Shown here: piece after piece, positions 63,692 through 64,000 of the stretch
How positions within the stretch are numbered: position 1 is the first letter of the stretch
How the letters are laid out: each line of letters opens with the position of its first letter
DNA from: Candidatus Latescibacterota bacterium
GTDB lineage: Bacteria; Latescibacterota; UBA2968; UBA8231
NCBI GenBank assembly: GCA_963422735.1
Contig: OY730476.1
Span: 2,144,001 to 2,208,000, forward strand
Direction: 5' to 3'
Length of the DNA stretch: 64,000 nucleotides
Made by a program: the position numbers and the translations under genes
The notes under the pieces: model-generated
Databases searched by the model: none
What the model saw: the letters and a program-made list of their open reading frames with translations, nothing else
What the model was told of the DNA's origin: nothing

Positions 63692-64000
63692 TTAATACGG
63701 CGTGTGTTTGGTGGTGATGGGGCACCAACGGGCGGCGAACAAATAGTCGAACAATATCTCCGTCGCCTCTGGGGTACCAACGCGCTCCAAGGTTTTTGCC
63801 GCCTTGGCACTGACGTAGCGGTTTGGATCGTCTAGGGCTGCTACCACGGCTGGCTGCACAGCCGCGGCCGCCGGCCCCAACCGCGCCAAGCCCAAGGCAG
63901 CATTGCGCCGCACCCATTCGTCGTCGTCGCCCAAAACTCCGGCTAGTTCCTCCAGCACCACTGGCGGCAATGCGCCCATGGCACCCAAGGCTTCGGCCGC
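63692..64000 (-). CDS. HEAT-repeat protein C-terminus (partial; possibly a PhyH-HEAT fusion)
   Basis: LGDDDEWVRRNAALGL.., ALDDPNRYV..AA..LER, RWCPITT..TPY end. Confidence 0.8.
   Translation of the reverse strand, partial: AAEALGAMGALPPVVLEELAGVLGDDDEWVRRNAALGLARLGPAAAAVQPAVVAALDDPNRYVSAKAAKTLERVGTPEATEILFDYLFAARWCPITTKHTPY

Noticed and set aside
1-64000. tRNA, rRNA or tmRNA genes
   Set aside because: No cloverleaf or rRNA signature recognised in intergenic regions by eye; a tRNAscan/Infernal run would be needed to be certain.

Overview
GC-rich bacterial chromosomal window with no rRNA, tRNA, cas gene, integrase or intact transposase recognisable by eye. Gene content includes many phytanoyl-CoA dioxygenase (PhyH), enolase-superfamily, amidohydrolase, aldo/keto reductase, sulfatase and CRTAC1/ASPIC-UnbV genes, plus FlgD-Ig and 'TWGxVK' C-terminal tails. 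This resembles Latescibacterota/Poribacteria-like, often sponge-associated, lineages (inference only). Housekeeping anchors are thrS, proS and pyrD. About 15 pseudogenes or gene remnants are scattered through the window. The most interesting signals are non-coding or architectural. (1) A complete ribosome-mediated Thr attenuator upstream of thrS, with a probably leaderless 35-aa peptide, 8 Thr codons in 10, an antiterminator and a terminator. (2) A 49-nt block of seven heptamers inserted in a PhyH gene between an exact 36-bp target duplication; related telomere-like heptamer arrays occur at three other sites. (3) Two 37-nt CRISPR-like repeats bracketing a 449-bp gene cassette rather than a normal spacer. 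(4) Two cases where a gene's 3' end is duplicated downstream of inserted cargo. (5) Nested palindromic mini-elements. (6) An apparent window-wide erosion of CCWGG sites. All product calls are by motif recognition; no database search was run.
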